This document shows positions 27,580 through 37,878 of a stretch of 64,000 nucleotides of DNA, piece after piece. How positions within the stretch are numbered: the first letter of the stretch is position 1; each line of letters starts with the position of its first letter. Source of the stretch: a virus (taxonomy: Duplodnaviria; Caudoviricetes); IMG/VR virus record IMGVR_UViG_2862611759_000001; one strand, written 5' to 3'. The notes beneath the pieces are model-generated. The model was given only the letters and a program-made list of their open reading frames with translations, did no database searches and was not told the DNA's origin. Position numbers and translations under genes: made by a program.

Positions 27580-28031
27580 CCATCCCCCTCCCGGGTCTCG
27601 ACCGCGCCCTGGCCGGCGTCGTCCGCTGGATCGACAAGCACCTCCTCGTCGACACCGTCCGCATCGTCCTGCCCGGCGCGGGCGAGCCCGTCCTCAACCC
27701 GGCCACCGGGGAGCTGGAGCACCCGGCTGACACCGTCCTGTACGAAGGGCCCGGCGCCGTCATCCGCCCCACCGCCCAAGGCGACCTCGTCTCCATCCCC
27801 GACTCCCAACTCCCGTGGACCGGCAACATCCGCTCCCGCTACCGGCTCCTCACCCCGCTTGACCACCCCGGCTTCCCCAAGGACGCCCAGGCCACCATCA
27901 CCGCCGTGCACAACCCGGCCAACGCCGACCTGCTCGGCCGCTCCTGGATCTGCTCCGACGCCACCGACGCCGCCACCGTGCAGGCCGTACGCATCACCGG
28001 CCTCGACCAGAACCCCGGGCCCACGCCATGA
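27576..28031 (+). CDS. Head closure / DUF6093-like protein
   Basis: LLVDTVRI...LNPATG...VLYEGPG motif. Confidence 0.7.
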   Translation: MTIPLPGLDRALAGVVRWIDKHLLVDTVRIVLPGAGEPVLNPATGELEHPADTVLYEGPGAVIRPTAQGDLVSIPDSQLPWTGNIRSRYRLLTPLDHPGFPKDAQATITAVHNPANADLLGRSWICSDATDAATVQAVRITGLDQNPGPTP

Positions 28032-28414
28032 CCCCGGACGAGATGGCCGACCGCCTCGACCGCGCCGCCGCCCGGGTCCCCGACGCCATCTACAAGGCGG
28101 TCGACCACACCGGCGTCCTCGGCCAGGCCCGCATCCGCGGCAACGCGTCTGGCCGGCCCGGACCGAACGTCATCACCGGCGCCTACCGGCGCTCCTGGGT
28201 GTCAGTGCCTCGCCGGATCCCGTACGGCGCTCAGTGCACCCTCGGCACCACCGCGCCGCAGAGCCGCCGCCTGGAGTGGGGCTTCACCGGCATCGACTCG
28301 CTGGGCAGGCACTACGACCAGCCGCCGTTCCCGCACGTCGGGCCGGCCATCGACTTCATCACCATGACCCTCCACGCCCAGATGCGCTTCGCCGTCGCGG
28401 AGGTACTCGCATGA
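28028..28414 (+). CDS. HK97 gp10-like neck protein
   Basis: PNVITGAYRRSW...RRLEWG...QPPFPHVGPA. Confidence 0.8.
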   Translation: MTPDEMADRLDRAAARVPDAIYKAVDHTGVLGQARIRGNASGRPGPNVITGAYRRSWVSVPRRIPYGAQCTLGTTAPQSRRLEWGFTGIDSLGRHYDQPPFPHVGPAIDFITMTLHAQMRFAVAEVLA

Positions 28415-28860
28415 TCGAGAAGAGGGCCGTCACCAACGCCGTCCTCGCCCTCCTTGCCGAGACGACCGGCCTGCCCGTCGGCCGCGGCCGCCTCCCCGCC
28501 GGCGCAGGCCTGCGCTACTACGTCCTCTACAGCCTGGACACCGCCGTGTCCGGGCCGCCGCTGGCCGACGAGCACGACGACCTGAGCGTCGTCTACCAGG
28601 TGACGTCGGTGTCGGCCCCCGACCCGGCCAAGCCCGGCAGCGCGGGCAGCGCCGAGCAGGCGGAGTGGCTCGCCGACAAGGCCCGTACGGCGTTCCTCGC
28701 CCGCAATCCGGCCACCGGCCACTGGCTGCACGATCTGCCCGTCCCGGGCGCCGTCGTGATGACCCGTGAGCTCGACACCGAACCCGGGGGAACGAATGAT
28801 CCAGCCGATGCCATCATGAGCTACGTGCAGCGCTTCAGGTTCACCCTGACGCCCGCCTGA
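28411..28860 (+). CDS. Tail terminator protein
   Basis: YYVLY...YQVTSV...AEWLADKAR; directly before tail tube gene. Confidence 0.7.
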   Translation: MIEKRAVTNAVLALLAETTGLPVGRGRLPAGAGLRYYVLYSLDTAVSGPPLADEHDDLSVVYQVTSVSAPDPAKPGSAGSAEQAEWLADKARTAFLARNPATGHWLHDLPVPGAVVMTRELDTEPGGTNDPADAIMSYVQRFRFTLTPA

Positions 28861-28882
28861 CCCCGGTCAGGCTTGACCCGCA

Positions 28883-28922
28883 CCGCGGCGGGACCCCCAC
28901 GCGGACGCCACCACGCAGTGGC
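28883..28922 (+). promoter_or_regulatory. Two-hairpin late-gene leader motif, copy 2
   Basis: CCGCG-loop-CGCGG-AC-GCCAC-CACGCA-GTGGC. Confidence 0.6.
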
Positions 28923-28957
28923 CGCCATCACCACCGCGCCTTCAAGGGGTCCCACGC

Positions 28958-29749
28958 ATGCCCAGGTTCTCCCGTCGTGGCAAGACGAAGATCCTCTTCG
29001 CCACCACCATCGCTTCCAGCGCCTACATCCCCACCCGCGGTGAGCTCGGCACCGCCACCAAGCTGACCAAGGCCGTCGCCGCCGTCGAGGGCTTCCAGCT
29101 CGAGAACAGCCCGATCGACACCCCCGACCTGGAATCCAAGTTCACCTCGAAGATCGAGGGCGAGGACCAGGCCGCCGACTCCACCCTCACCTTCTACGAG
29201 GACGACACCGACGACGCCCTGGAGACCGCCCTGGCCAAGGGCACCAGCGGCTTCGTCATCTTCCTGCGCAAGGGCGACGTCCCCGGCTCCAACTCCATGG
29301 ACGTCTACCCGGTCACCGTCGCCTCGAAGTCCTCGACGATCACCCTCGACAACGAGGCCGCGAAGTGGATGGCGAAGTTCGTCATCACCGACACCCCCGC
29401 CCTGAACCTCTCGGTCCCGCCGGCCGGTACGGACGAGGTCCAGTCGATCGCGATCACCGGCACCCCGACCGGCGGCACCTTCACCTTGACGTTCTCCGGC
29501 CAGACGACCGCGGCCATCGCCTTCAACGCCGCCGCGTCGGCCGTGCAGACCGCCCTCGAAGGCCTCGCCAACATCAACCCCGGAGACGTCGTCTGCGCCG
29601 GCGGCCCGCTCCCGGGCGCCGCCGTCACGGTCACCTTCGGCGGCCAGTACGACGGCCAGAACGTGGCCCAGATGACCGCCTCGGGCGCCGGCCTGACCGG
29701 CGGCACTACCCCCGCCGTCGCCGTCACCACGACCACGCCCGGCGGCTGA
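28958..29749 (+). CDS. Major tail (tube) protein with C-terminal GGTFTL domain
   Basis: PTRGEL...TPDLESKFTSKIEG...MDVYPVTV tube motifs. Confidence 0.88.
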   Translation: MPRFSRRGKTKILFATTIASSAYIPTRGELGTATKLTKAVAAVEGFQLENSPIDTPDLESKFTSKIEGEDQAADSTLTFYEDDTDDALETALAKGTSGFVIFLRKGDVPGSNSMDVYPVTVASKSSTITLDNEAAKWMAKFVITDTPALNLSVPPAGTDEVQSIAITGTPTGGTFTLTFSGQTTAAIAFNAAASAVQTALEGLANINPGDVVCAGGPLPGAAVTVTFGGQYDGQNVAQMTASGAGLTGGTTPAVAVTTTTPGG

Positions 29750-29857
29750 CCCTCCGCCACCCCCACCCCGACTCCCGGCCGGGCGCCCCAGCGTTCGGGA
29801 AGGGGCGCCGCGAGCGCCCGGCCGGGTCCCCCCTTCCCGTGATGGAGGAACACCCCC

Positions 29858-30373
29858 ATGCCCCCGAAGACCCGCACCACCCAGTCGCCGGCCGCCCGAG
29901 CCCGCGCCCGCCAGCGGCCCGTGCTGAAGATGACGATCTGCGACGACGCCGCCATCAAGACCACCCTGGACCTCGCCCGGCATACGCTGCGCCGCGCGAA
30001 GGCCGACGCCGCCAACCGGCCCGGCGACCAGGTCATCGCCGAAGCCGTCACGCTCGCCCAGCAGGAGCTGGACGCCGCACAGGCCGCGTTCGACACCGAG
30101 GCGTACGACCTGCGGTTCCAGGCGCTGCCCCGCGGCGACTTCGAGGGCCTGAAGAAGCTGCACCCGCCCACCGAGGCCCAGGCCGAGGAAGGCTATGAGG
30201 TCAACGTCGAGACGTTCGGCCCGGCTCTGGTCGCTGCGGCGTCCCTGGACGAGCTCACCGTCGATGACGCCCGCAGCTTCCTGGAGACCTGGGGTGAAGC
30301 TGAGGCCGCCCAGCTCTTCAACACGGCCTGGAACGTGCAGAACGAGACCCGCGCGGACGTGGGAAAAGGCTGA
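29858..30373 (+). CDS. Tail assembly chaperone (G)
   Basis: Between tail tube and tape measure; ends in slippery GGGAAAA. Confidence 0.85.
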   Translation: MPPKTRTTQSPAARARARQRPVLKMTICDDAAIKTTLDLARHTLRRAKADAANRPGDQVIAEAVTLAQQELDAAQAAFDTEAYDLRFQALPRGDFEGLKKLHPPTEAQAEEGYEVNVETFGPALVAAASLDELTVDDARSFLETWGEAEAAQLFNTAWNVQNETRADVGKG

Positions 30374-30780
30374 TCGCCGATGACCGGTTCCGCACCGAGC
30401 TGGAGCTGTGCGACCGCTGGGGCATCCCCTACAGCCAGTGGCGCGGCGCCGGGACCGGCACCTGGACCGCCCGGGATCGGGAGATGGCCCTCGCCTACCG
30501 CGACTACACGCGGACCGTGTGCGCGCAGTGCGGGACCCGGCACGAGGACTGGGACCACGGCGGTAGCGACGACACCGAGGACGCCTACGTGGCCGTCGTC
30601 CAGCGGTGCATCGGCTGCCAGGTCATCGCCGACAAGCAGGAGGAAGCCGCCCAGGGCGGCGACCTCCACGGCAAGAAGATCGCGCTCATCCCGTACGCCG
30701 TGCACGCGGCCCGCGAGGTCGAGCGCGACCTGAAGGAACGCGAGCGGCGCGCGCGGCGCCGAGACCGAGACGACGAGTAG
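30361..30780 (+). CDS. Tail assembly chaperone extension (GT) via -1 programmed frameshift
   Basis: G GGA AAA at 30361-30367; the -1 frame is open (RLIADDRFRTELELCDRWGIPYSQW...) into ORF 30484..30780. Confidence 0.85.
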   Translation, partial: GKRLIADDRFRTELELCDRWGIPYSQWRGAGTGTWTARDREMALAYRDYTRTVCAQCGTRHEDWDHGGSDDTEDAYVAVVQRCIGCQVIADKQEEAAQGGDLHGKKIALIPYAVHAAREVERDLKERERRARRRDRDDE

Positions 30781-30795
30781 AAGGAGGGCGGCCTG

Positions 30796-33700
30796 GTGGC
30801 GAACTGGACCCTGTCCGTGGACATCCGGGGCACGGGCAGCAGCCTGTCCCGCGAGCTGCGGCAGGCCGCCACCCACTCCCGCGCGCTCGGCGCCCACACC
30901 CGCACGGCCCGCACCCACGTCGCCGGGCTCGGCCGCGACGCGAACACCGCCGCGCGCCACGTGCGCTCCTTCGGCTCGGCCGCCCGCACCGCCGCCCGCG
31001 ACGTCGACCGCTTCGGCGCCAGCGCAGAGCGCGCGGGGCTCCGCCTGGGCCGGTACGGCGCCGCCGCCCGCACCTCGCAGCAGCACCTGAACGCCCTCAG
31101 CGCGAACTCCCGAACCGCCGGCCGGGACCTGGCCCGCATGTCCGGGCAGATCGACAACGCCGTCCGCGACCTCACCCGCCTCGCCACCGCCGCCGAGCGC
31201 GCGGCCGCCCGCACCAGCAGGGTCGGCGACCGCGGCGCCGCCTCGATGCGCCGCTACGCCGACGAGACCGGCCGGATGCGCCACCAGCTCACCGGCGCGG
31301 CCGCGGTGCTGTCCGGCGGGGCGCTCGTCATGGGCGGCGCCGAGCTGGTCAAGGAGGGCAACGAGTACCAGCAGGCGATGAACACGTTCGGTGCCGTCAC
31401 CGGTGGCACGGCCGTGCAGATGCGCCGGGCGGCGCTGACGGCGAACCAGCTCGGCAACGACCTGAGCCTGCCAGCCGCGACCGCGACCGACGCGGCCGAG
31501 TCCATGGTCGAGCTGGCGAAGGCCGGCTTCCGCACCGAGCAGGCCATCTCCTCGACCCGGGCCTCCCTCGTCCTCGCATCGGCCGCGCAGGTCAACGCCG
31601 CCGACTCCGCGAAGTACCTCGGCGACATGATGGACCAGTTCGGCATGGGCGCCGACCTGGCGCAGGTCGCCGCCGACACCCTCGCCGCGACAGCGAACGC
31701 GGCGTCCGGCGACATCATCGACATCTACTACGCGATGAAGTACGCCGGGCCGGTCGCCCACGGCCTCGGCGTCTCCATGCAGGAAGCCGCCAGCGGCGTC
31801 GGCATGCTCGGCAAAGCCGGCATCCTCGGCCAGACAGCAGGCACCACCCTGCGCGGCATCTTCACCAACCTGGCCAAGCCGACCCCGCAGATGAAGGAAG
31901 GCCTGAAGGCCCTCGGCATCGAGGCGTGGACTGCCGAGGGCCGCTTCAAGGGCCTGCGGTACGTCGTCGAGAAGCTGTCCGCCGCACAGCACGACCTGAC
32001 CCAGCAGGACTTCACCGCCGCCGTCGCCAAGGCCTTCGGGAAGCCCGCCATGTCCGGCGCCATCGCGCTGGCCCACCAGGGCGTCGATTCCTACGACGCG
32101 CTCATCCAGGCCGTCTCCCGCACCGGTGCCGCCTCCGACATCGCAGCCGCCAAGGGCAAAGGCCTCGCCGGCGCCATGCTCCAGCTCAAGACCCAGGCGA
32201 GGCAGACCGGCCTCACCCTCTACACCGGAGCCGCCCCCGGCCTGGAGTACCTCACCCGCGCCGTCACCTCCGGGCTCGCCCAGGCCACCCCGAGGATCGA
32301 GCAGTTCTTCCAGTACGCCAACGACTTCGCGACCCTGTTCGGCCCCGGCATCGCCGCCGACGCCCACCGCACGTTCGGCGCGGTGCAGGACGCCGCCTCG
32401 GACATGCTCGCCCCGTTCACGGACGGCGCGCTCGACCTGGCGGCGACCGCCCTGCACGTCCTGATGACCGCCGGCCGCATGGCCGTCACCGTCCTGGAGA
32501 ACCTTGCCGACGGCGCCACCCCCGTCTTCGAAGCGCTCGGCGACATCACCAACGGCAGCTCGGGCGCCGCGACCGCGCTCGACACCGTCGTCTACGTCCT
32601 CGACCTCGCCGCCTCCGCGATCGAGGTCCTCTCCACCGTCCTCGGCCCCGTCGGCCAGATGGTCGGCGGCCTGGTCTCGATGTTCGGCGCGCTGCCCGGC
32701 CCAGTGCAGTCCGCCGTCTTCGCCATGCTCCTCATGCGCCGGGTCGGGCCCGTCGCCAGCGGCCTCGCCAGCACGGTCGGCGGCCGGCTCACCGGCGCCT
32801 ACCGCAGCCTCGGCGAGCAGATGCGCATCCAGCAGGCCCTCGCCACCGCCTCAGGCACCTCCATCAACCGCTACGGCGCGGCGCTCGCCGTCCTGCAGAC
32901 CCGCGTCACCACCGTCGGGCAGATGGGCGCCGCGTTCCGTACGGCCTCCGGCCAGGCCACCGGCTTCGCCAGCAGCCTGCGCGGCGTCACCGCCGCCGCC
33001 GGGACCGGCCTGCGCACCGCTGTGGGCGGCCTGGTGGGCGCGCTCGGCGGCCCGTGGGGCCTCGCCCTGACCGGCGCCGCCATCGGCCTCGGCATGCTCG
33101 CCTCTCTCCAGCAGAAGGCCGCGGCCGCCGCCCGCGAGCACGAGAACCAGATCGCGAACCTGTCCGCCGCGCTGCGCGAGTCCAACGGCCTCGTCGACGA
33201 GAACGTCCGCCAGGTCGCCATGCAGACCCTCATGGCGACGAAGATCAAGACGACGCTCGACGGCCAGCAGCGCCTCGTCGACGTCGCCAAGCGCGCTCGG
33301 ATCCCCATGTCCGAGCTCGTCGACGCCTACACCAACCAGGGCTCCTCCCTCGACGACCTCCAAGACCGCCTCGCCGCGGCCGCCGCGGCCCAGAAGACGT
33401 GGAACCTGGACGCCGAGACCGGCGTCGGCGCCGAGGGCTTCACCGTCGCCGGGCGCGCCGCCGACGACCTGCGGGTCGGCATCGGCGGCCTCGCCGGCGA
33501 CTTCCGCAAAGCAAAGGACGACGCCGAGGCCTTCGCCCAGGGCGTCGCCAAGGCCGGGAAGAACACCACCGCCTACGACCTGCTCAAGCGGTCCGTCGGC
33601 CAGCTCGCCGACAAGACCGCCGACGCCGACTCCCGTACCCGCGCCCTACGCGAAGCCCTCGACCTGCTGTCCGGCGGGTCGGTGTCCCTCCAGGCCGCGC

Positions 33701-36033
33701 AGGCCCGCGTGAACGAAGCCGTCACCCGCGCCACCGAGGCCATGGCGAACGGCATCGACAAGTCCAAGGGCTACGGCCAGGCACTCATCGGCCAGAACGG
33801 CACGATCAGCACCGTCACCGCCAACGGCCAGGCCCTCTTCGACACCTACAACACGATCGCCGACTCGTCGGCCGCCGCGGCGATCGCCGCGTACGACTTC
33901 GCCCTCTCCCAGAACCAGGGCGTGCCCGCAGCCATCGCCGCCGCGCAGCGGGAGATGAAGAAGGGCCGCGACGCCGCGCTGAAGGTCGCCGACGGCTACG
34001 GCATCGGCGCCGAGGCCGCCGAAAAGATGGCCGACTCCATGGGCCTGATCCCCGGCCAGGTGACCATCCTCCTGCAGACCAAGGGCGTCGACACCGCCCT
34101 CGCCGAGCTCATCGCCATCCAGGCCGAGTTCGCTCGGACGCCGAAGGCGAAGACCATCAAGGTCGACGCCCTCGGCGCCGACGCCAAGCGCGAGCTCGAG
34201 GAGATCGGCTACCAGATCGAGCTGATCCCCGGCACCCGCGAGTACAAGATCACCGCCCCGACGGCCCAGGCCCGAGGGCAGCTCGACCTGCTCATCGAGA
34301 AGCTTGCCGCGACCGACGGCAAGACCCTCGACATTAAGGCGCCTTCGGTCGCCGCCGTCCGTGAGCTGCAGGCCATCCAGGACAAGGTGGCCGCCACCCA
34401 AGGCAAGACCCTCACCATGGCCGCACCGACCGGCGCAGCCCGCGAGCAGCTCCAGCAGCTCGGTTTCTCCATCCGCGACAACGCCCGCGACAAGACGGTC
34501 ACCATCACGGTGCCCACCAACAGCCCCATCTCGGCCGCCGCCCAGATCCAGAACGCCATCGACAACATCCACGGCAAGCAGGTCGGCATCGGCGTCTACA
34601 TGTCGGCGTCGGCTGGCGACCGCGACGCCAACGGCGTCCCGGACATGATCCAGGCCCGCGCGACCGGCGCCGTCGTCGACTACTACGCCACCGGCGGCAT
34701 CCGCGGCCGCGCCGTCGACCCGGGGGACCGGCCGAACCAGCACATCGCGCAGATCGCCCCGGCCGGCTCCTACCGCGTCTGGGGCGAGCGGGAGACCCAG
34801 GGCGAGGGCTACGTCCCCTTCCGGACCGACGCACGCCCCCGCTCCCGCGCGATCACCGAGGAGATCGTCCGGCGCCTCGGCGGCGACCCCTCCGGCATCC
34901 AGTGGAACGCCACCGGGTCCGTCACCGACTGGCGCTACGACCCGCAGACCGGCGCCCTGTTCTCCCCCTCCGACGCCGGGCAGGCCGCGCACCGCACCAA
35001 GAAGGTGAAGGTCAAGGGCAAGGTGAAGGAGGTCGACTTCTTCGACCTCGGCGCCCTGGAGCGCAAGCTGAAGCAGTCGTCCGCGCAGATGCGGTGGTGG
35101 CAGGGCGACCTCGCCGTCGTCGCCGAACGCGCCGGTTCCGACGTCGCGCAGGCCCTCGCGTCCATGGGCGCCGACGGCGTCTCCCTGACCAAGAAGATGG
35201 CGCGCGGCTCGACCAAGTACGTCAACGAGATGGCCGCCGCCCTGCGCGGCCTGGCCACCACCGCGAAGGTGTCGCTGACCGACTACACCCGCTCCCTGAA
35301 CGCCGTCACCGCCACCGACGCGCGATTCGCGCAGAACCTGGCGACCCTCGCGGCCCGCGGCTACGGCGACCTCGCACGGCAGCTCGCCGCCCAGGGCGAC
35401 GAGACCGCCATCAGCCTCGCCGCGTCGGCCGTCGCCGACCGGCGCAAGGCCGGCACCGCGAACACCGCGGCGAAGAAGGCCAACGCGCAGCTCACCAGCG
35501 AGCAGGTGCAGCAGCTCGTCGCCGTCATCGCCTCCATCAGCTCCTCCAAGACCGGCCTGCACGACGTCGCCGCCACCACCGGCCTCGGCGAGGACGAGAT
35601 CATCGACATCGCCAACCGCGCCACCGGACAGATCCGGTCCGCCCTGGGCGCCCGCGCGGGCAAGTTCCTGACCGACCTGGCGAAGGCGAACCGCGGCCAG
35701 GCGTACGCCGACGGCGGCATCCGCGCAGGCATCTACAGCACGAACGCCGGCCTGATGACCTTCGCCGAGCCCAGCACCGGCGGGGAAGCCCTGGTGCCCC
35801 TCGGCGCCCACAAGCGCAGCAAGGCCCTCCCGGTCCTCGCCGAAGCCGCGCGCCGCCACGGCCTCGGCCTGACCGACGTCCGCGGCTCCCAGCAGGTCGT
35901 CGTCCTCAAGGACGCCGGCGACACCAACATCACCGTCTCCACGCTGCGCACGGGCGCCAGCGCCCGCGACATCGCCGCCGAGATCGGCCACCAGCAGCGC
36001 CGAGCGCGTCGAGGGGGAGTGGCAAACCGATGA
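30796..36033 (+). CDS. Tail tape measure protein (TP901-type core)
   Basis: 1745 aa, Ala-rich; ELAKAGF, YAGPVA, GQTAGTTLR and GGPWG motifs. Confidence 0.95.
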   Translation: MANWTLSVDIRGTGSSLSRELRQAATHSRALGAHTRTARTHVAGLGRDANTAARHVRSFGSAARTAARDVDRFGASAERAGLRLGRYGAAARTSQQHLNALSANSRTAGRDLARMSGQIDNAVRDLTRLATAAERAAARTSRVGDRGAASMRRYADETGRMRHQLTGAAAVLSGGALVMGGAELVKEGNEYQQAMNTFGAVTGGTAVQMRRAALTANQLGNDLSLPAATATDAAESMVELAKAGFRTEQAISSTRASLVLASAAQVNAADSAKYLGDMMDQFGMGADLAQVAADTLAATANAASGDIIDIYYAMKYAGPVAHGLGVSMQEAASGVGMLGKAGILGQTAGTTLRGIFTNLAKPTPQMKEGLKALGIEAWTAEGRFKGLRYVVEKLSAAQHDLTQQDFTAAVAKAFGKPAMSGAIALAHQGVDSYDALIQAVSRTGAASDIAAAKGKGLAGAMLQLKTQARQTGLTLYTGAAPGLEYLTRAVTSGLAQATPRIEQFFQYANDFATLFGPGIAADAHRTFGAVQDAASDMLAPFTDGALDLAATALHVLMTAGRMAVTVLENLADGATPVFEALGDITNGSSGAATALDTVVYVLDLAASAIEVLSTVLGPVGQMVGGLVSMFGALPGPVQSAVFAMLLMRRVGPVASGLASTVGGRLTGAYRSLGEQMRIQQALATASGTSINRYGAALAVLQTRVTTVGQMGAAFRTASGQATGFASSLRGVTAAAGTGLRTAVGGLVGALGGPWGLALTGAAIGLGMLASLQQKAAAAAREHENQIANLSAALRESNGLVDENVRQVAMQTLMATKIKTTLDGQQRLVDVAKRARIPMSELVDAYTNQGSSLDDLQDRLAAAAAAQKTWNLDAETGVGAEGFTVAGRAADDLRVGIGGLAGDFRKAKDDAEAFAQGVAKAGKNTTAYDLLKRSVGQLADKTADADSRTRALREALDLLSGGSVSLQAAQARVNEAVTRATEAMANGIDKSKGYGQALIGQNGTISTVTANGQALFDTYNTIADSSAAAAIAAYDFALSQNQGVPAAIAAAQREMKKGRDAALKVADGYGIGAEAAEKMADSMGLIPGQVTILLQTKGVDTALAELIAIQAEFARTPKAKTIKVDALGADAKRELEEIGYQIELIPGTREYKITAPTAQARGQLDLLIEKLAATDGKTLDIKAPSVAAVRELQAIQDKVAATQGKTLTMAAPTGAAREQLQQLGFSIRDNARDKTVTITVPTNSPISAAAQIQNAIDNIHGKQVGIGVYMSASAGDRDANGVPDMIQARATGAVVDYYATGGIRGRAVDPGDRPNQHIAQIAPAGSYRVWGERETQGEGYVPFRTDARPRSRAITEEIVRRLGGDPSGIQWNATGSVTDWRYDPQTGALFSPSDAGQAAHRTKKVKVKGKVKEVDFFDLGALERKLKQSSAQMRWWQGDLAVVAERAGSDVAQALASMGADGVSLTKKMARGSTKYVNEMAAALRGLATTAKVSLTDYTRSLNAVTATDARFAQNLATLAARGYGDLARQLAAQGDETAISLAASAVADRRKAGTANTAAKKANAQLTSEQVQQLVAVIASISSSKTGLHDVAATTGLGEDEIIDIANRATGQIRSALGARAGKFLTDLAKANRGQAYADGGIRAGIYSTNAGLMTFAEPSTGGEALVPLGAHKRSKALPVLAEAARRHGLGLTDVRGSQQVVVLKDAGDTNITVSTLRTGASARDIAAEIGHQQRRARRGGVANR

Positions 36034-36932
36034 CCGACCCGACCCTGACCACCGGGCAGCTCGACCTCGCCGGCGTCGTCATCGGCAAGGGCACCAGCGT
36101 CCAGATCCGCGACATCTCCGGCCTGGGCCGGCCGCCCGTACGCGAGGAGGACTTCGACCAGCCGTCCATGGACGGCGCCTGGCCCGGTCCGGACTACTAC
36201 GCCACCCGCGAGATCCGCATCGACGCCGCCATCCGCACCCCCGGTGACCGCGCGGCCGCCCTCGACGTCCTCGCCGCCCTCCAGCAGCCGCTGCACGCCC
36301 CGGCCGTACGCCTGGCCGGCGGCGCCACGCACACCCTGCGCATCGCCTGGCCCGGCCGGCCCGTCAAGCGCCTCCAGGGCCGCGTCCGGCTCCTCGACGC
36401 CGACGTACGCCAGGCCATCCACGGATACGTCCCCCTCGACATCTCCTTCGCCGCCACCGACCCGCTCTGGTACTCCGACACCGAGACCGTCACCGAGATC
36501 CCCCTCGGCTGGCTCACCGGCGGCGGGTTCCGCGCACCCGTTCACGCCCCGATCCACGTGCAGAACGGCACGGTCGCCGCCGACCGGCCCGGCTGGGTCA
36601 CCAACACCGGCACTGCCGACGCCTGGCCCGTCCTGCGGATCACCGGCCCGTGCGCGAACGTCACCGTCACCCACGTTCCCACCGGCCGGACGCTCGCCCT
36701 TCCCACCGCCAACCTGACCGCCGGCCAGTGGATCGAGATCGACACCCGCCCCGGATTCCGAACCGTCACCAGAGAGAACGGCGGCAACGCGCTCTCTCTG
36801 CTTGCCCCCGCCTCACGGATCGACCAGTTCGCCGTCCCGCCTGGGACCAGCGAGATGCGGTTCACCGCCTTCGACGCCACGAACACCGCCCGCCTGCGCC
36901 TGACCTGGCGCGGCACCTACACCGCCCTCTGA
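36030..36932 (+). CDS. Distal tail protein
   Basis: ATG at 36030; FAATDPLWY, NTGTADAWPVLRITGP and IEIDTRPG motifs. Confidence 0.8.
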   Translation: MTDPTLTTGQLDLAGVVIGKGTSVQIRDISGLGRPPVREEDFDQPSMDGAWPGPDYYATREIRIDAAIRTPGDRAAALDVLAALQQPLHAPAVRLAGGATHTLRIAWPGRPVKRLQGRVRLLDADVRQAIHGYVPLDISFAATDPLWYSDTETVTEIPLGWLTGGGFRAPVHAPIHVQNGTVAADRPGWVTNTGTADAWPVLRITGPCANVTVTHVPTGRTLALPTANLTAGQWIEIDTRPGFRTVTRENGGNALSLLAPASRIDQFAVPPGTSEMRFTAFDATNTARLRLTWRGTYTAL

Positions 36933-36942
36933 GGAGCGTCTC

Positions 36943-37878
36943 GTGCCCCTGATTCCGCAGCCGATCCTCGTCAACGGCGCTGACCACTCCGCCCAGTCCT
37001 TCCGCATGCTTGTGCGCGACCTGTCCCGCGGCAACGAAGGCGTCACCGAGGGGACCGACCTCAAGGTCACCCAGCTCGGCACCCCGGGCGCCGCCGTGCA
37101 GATCGCCGCCGGGTCCGGAGTGGTCCGAGGCCGCGCCAACGCCTTTCAGGGCTCCTACGCCTTCAGCAACGTCGGCTCGGCCAACGTCTCCATCGCACCC
37201 ACCGGCGGCTCGGCGCGCTCGGACATGCTCATCGTCCGCATCGAGGACCCCGAGTACGAGGGCACTCTGAATCCGGCCGTCGACCCGGTCGTCTACTTCC
37301 AGGTCATTTCCAACGTCTCCAGCTCGGCGACCACCATCCCCGACGGCCGCACCGGCATCCCGCTGGCCCGCATCGACCTGCCCGCCAGCACGGCCACGGT
37401 CACCGACGCGCGGATCGTCGACCTGCGGCAGATCGCGAACCCCCGCCGCGACCGCAAGCTGTGGATCGCCTCCCCGGCCTCCATCAGCAACGAGGTCGGC
37501 GGCACCACCGCCACCTACACCAACCTCACCACCGCCCCCGGCTGGGCCGTCCCCGTCCCCCTCTGGGCATCCAAGGCCAACATCAAGTTCGACGTCGGCC
37601 AGATCCGCTTCGCCTCGAACGCCTTCCTCGGCGTCATGCGCGCCTCCTTCGGCGCCTCCCTCGTCACCCAGAACACCCTCCTCGACGACAACGCCACCGG
37701 CCTGCGCCGCTCCACCGTCTTCGTCGCCGACACCCTCACCCTCCCCGACAACTACCGCGGCACCAGCCAGACCGCACGCATCCAGGTCGGCGGCGCACCC
37801 GGAAACGCCGGCCTCGTCTCCGTCGACTCCGCCACCAGCCTCTGCGCCGACATCGAGTTCTTCGAGGCACCCCGGTGA
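36943..37878 (+). CDS. Minor tail protein
   Basis: RSDMLIVRIEDPEY...IPLARI...IVDLR motif. Confidence 0.8.
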   Translation: MPLIPQPILVNGADHSAQSFRMLVRDLSRGNEGVTEGTDLKVTQLGTPGAAVQIAAGSGVVRGRANAFQGSYAFSNVGSANVSIAPTGGSARSDMLIVRIEDPEYEGTLNPAVDPVVYFQVISNVSSSATTIPDGRTGIPLARIDLPASTATVTDARIVDLRQIANPRRDRKLWIASPASISNEVGGTTATYTNLTTAPGWAVPVPLWASKANIKFDVGQIRFASNAFLGVMRASFGASLVTQNTLLDDNATGLRRSTVFVADTLTLPDNYRGTSQTARIQVGGAPGNAGLVSVDSATSLCADIEFFEAPR

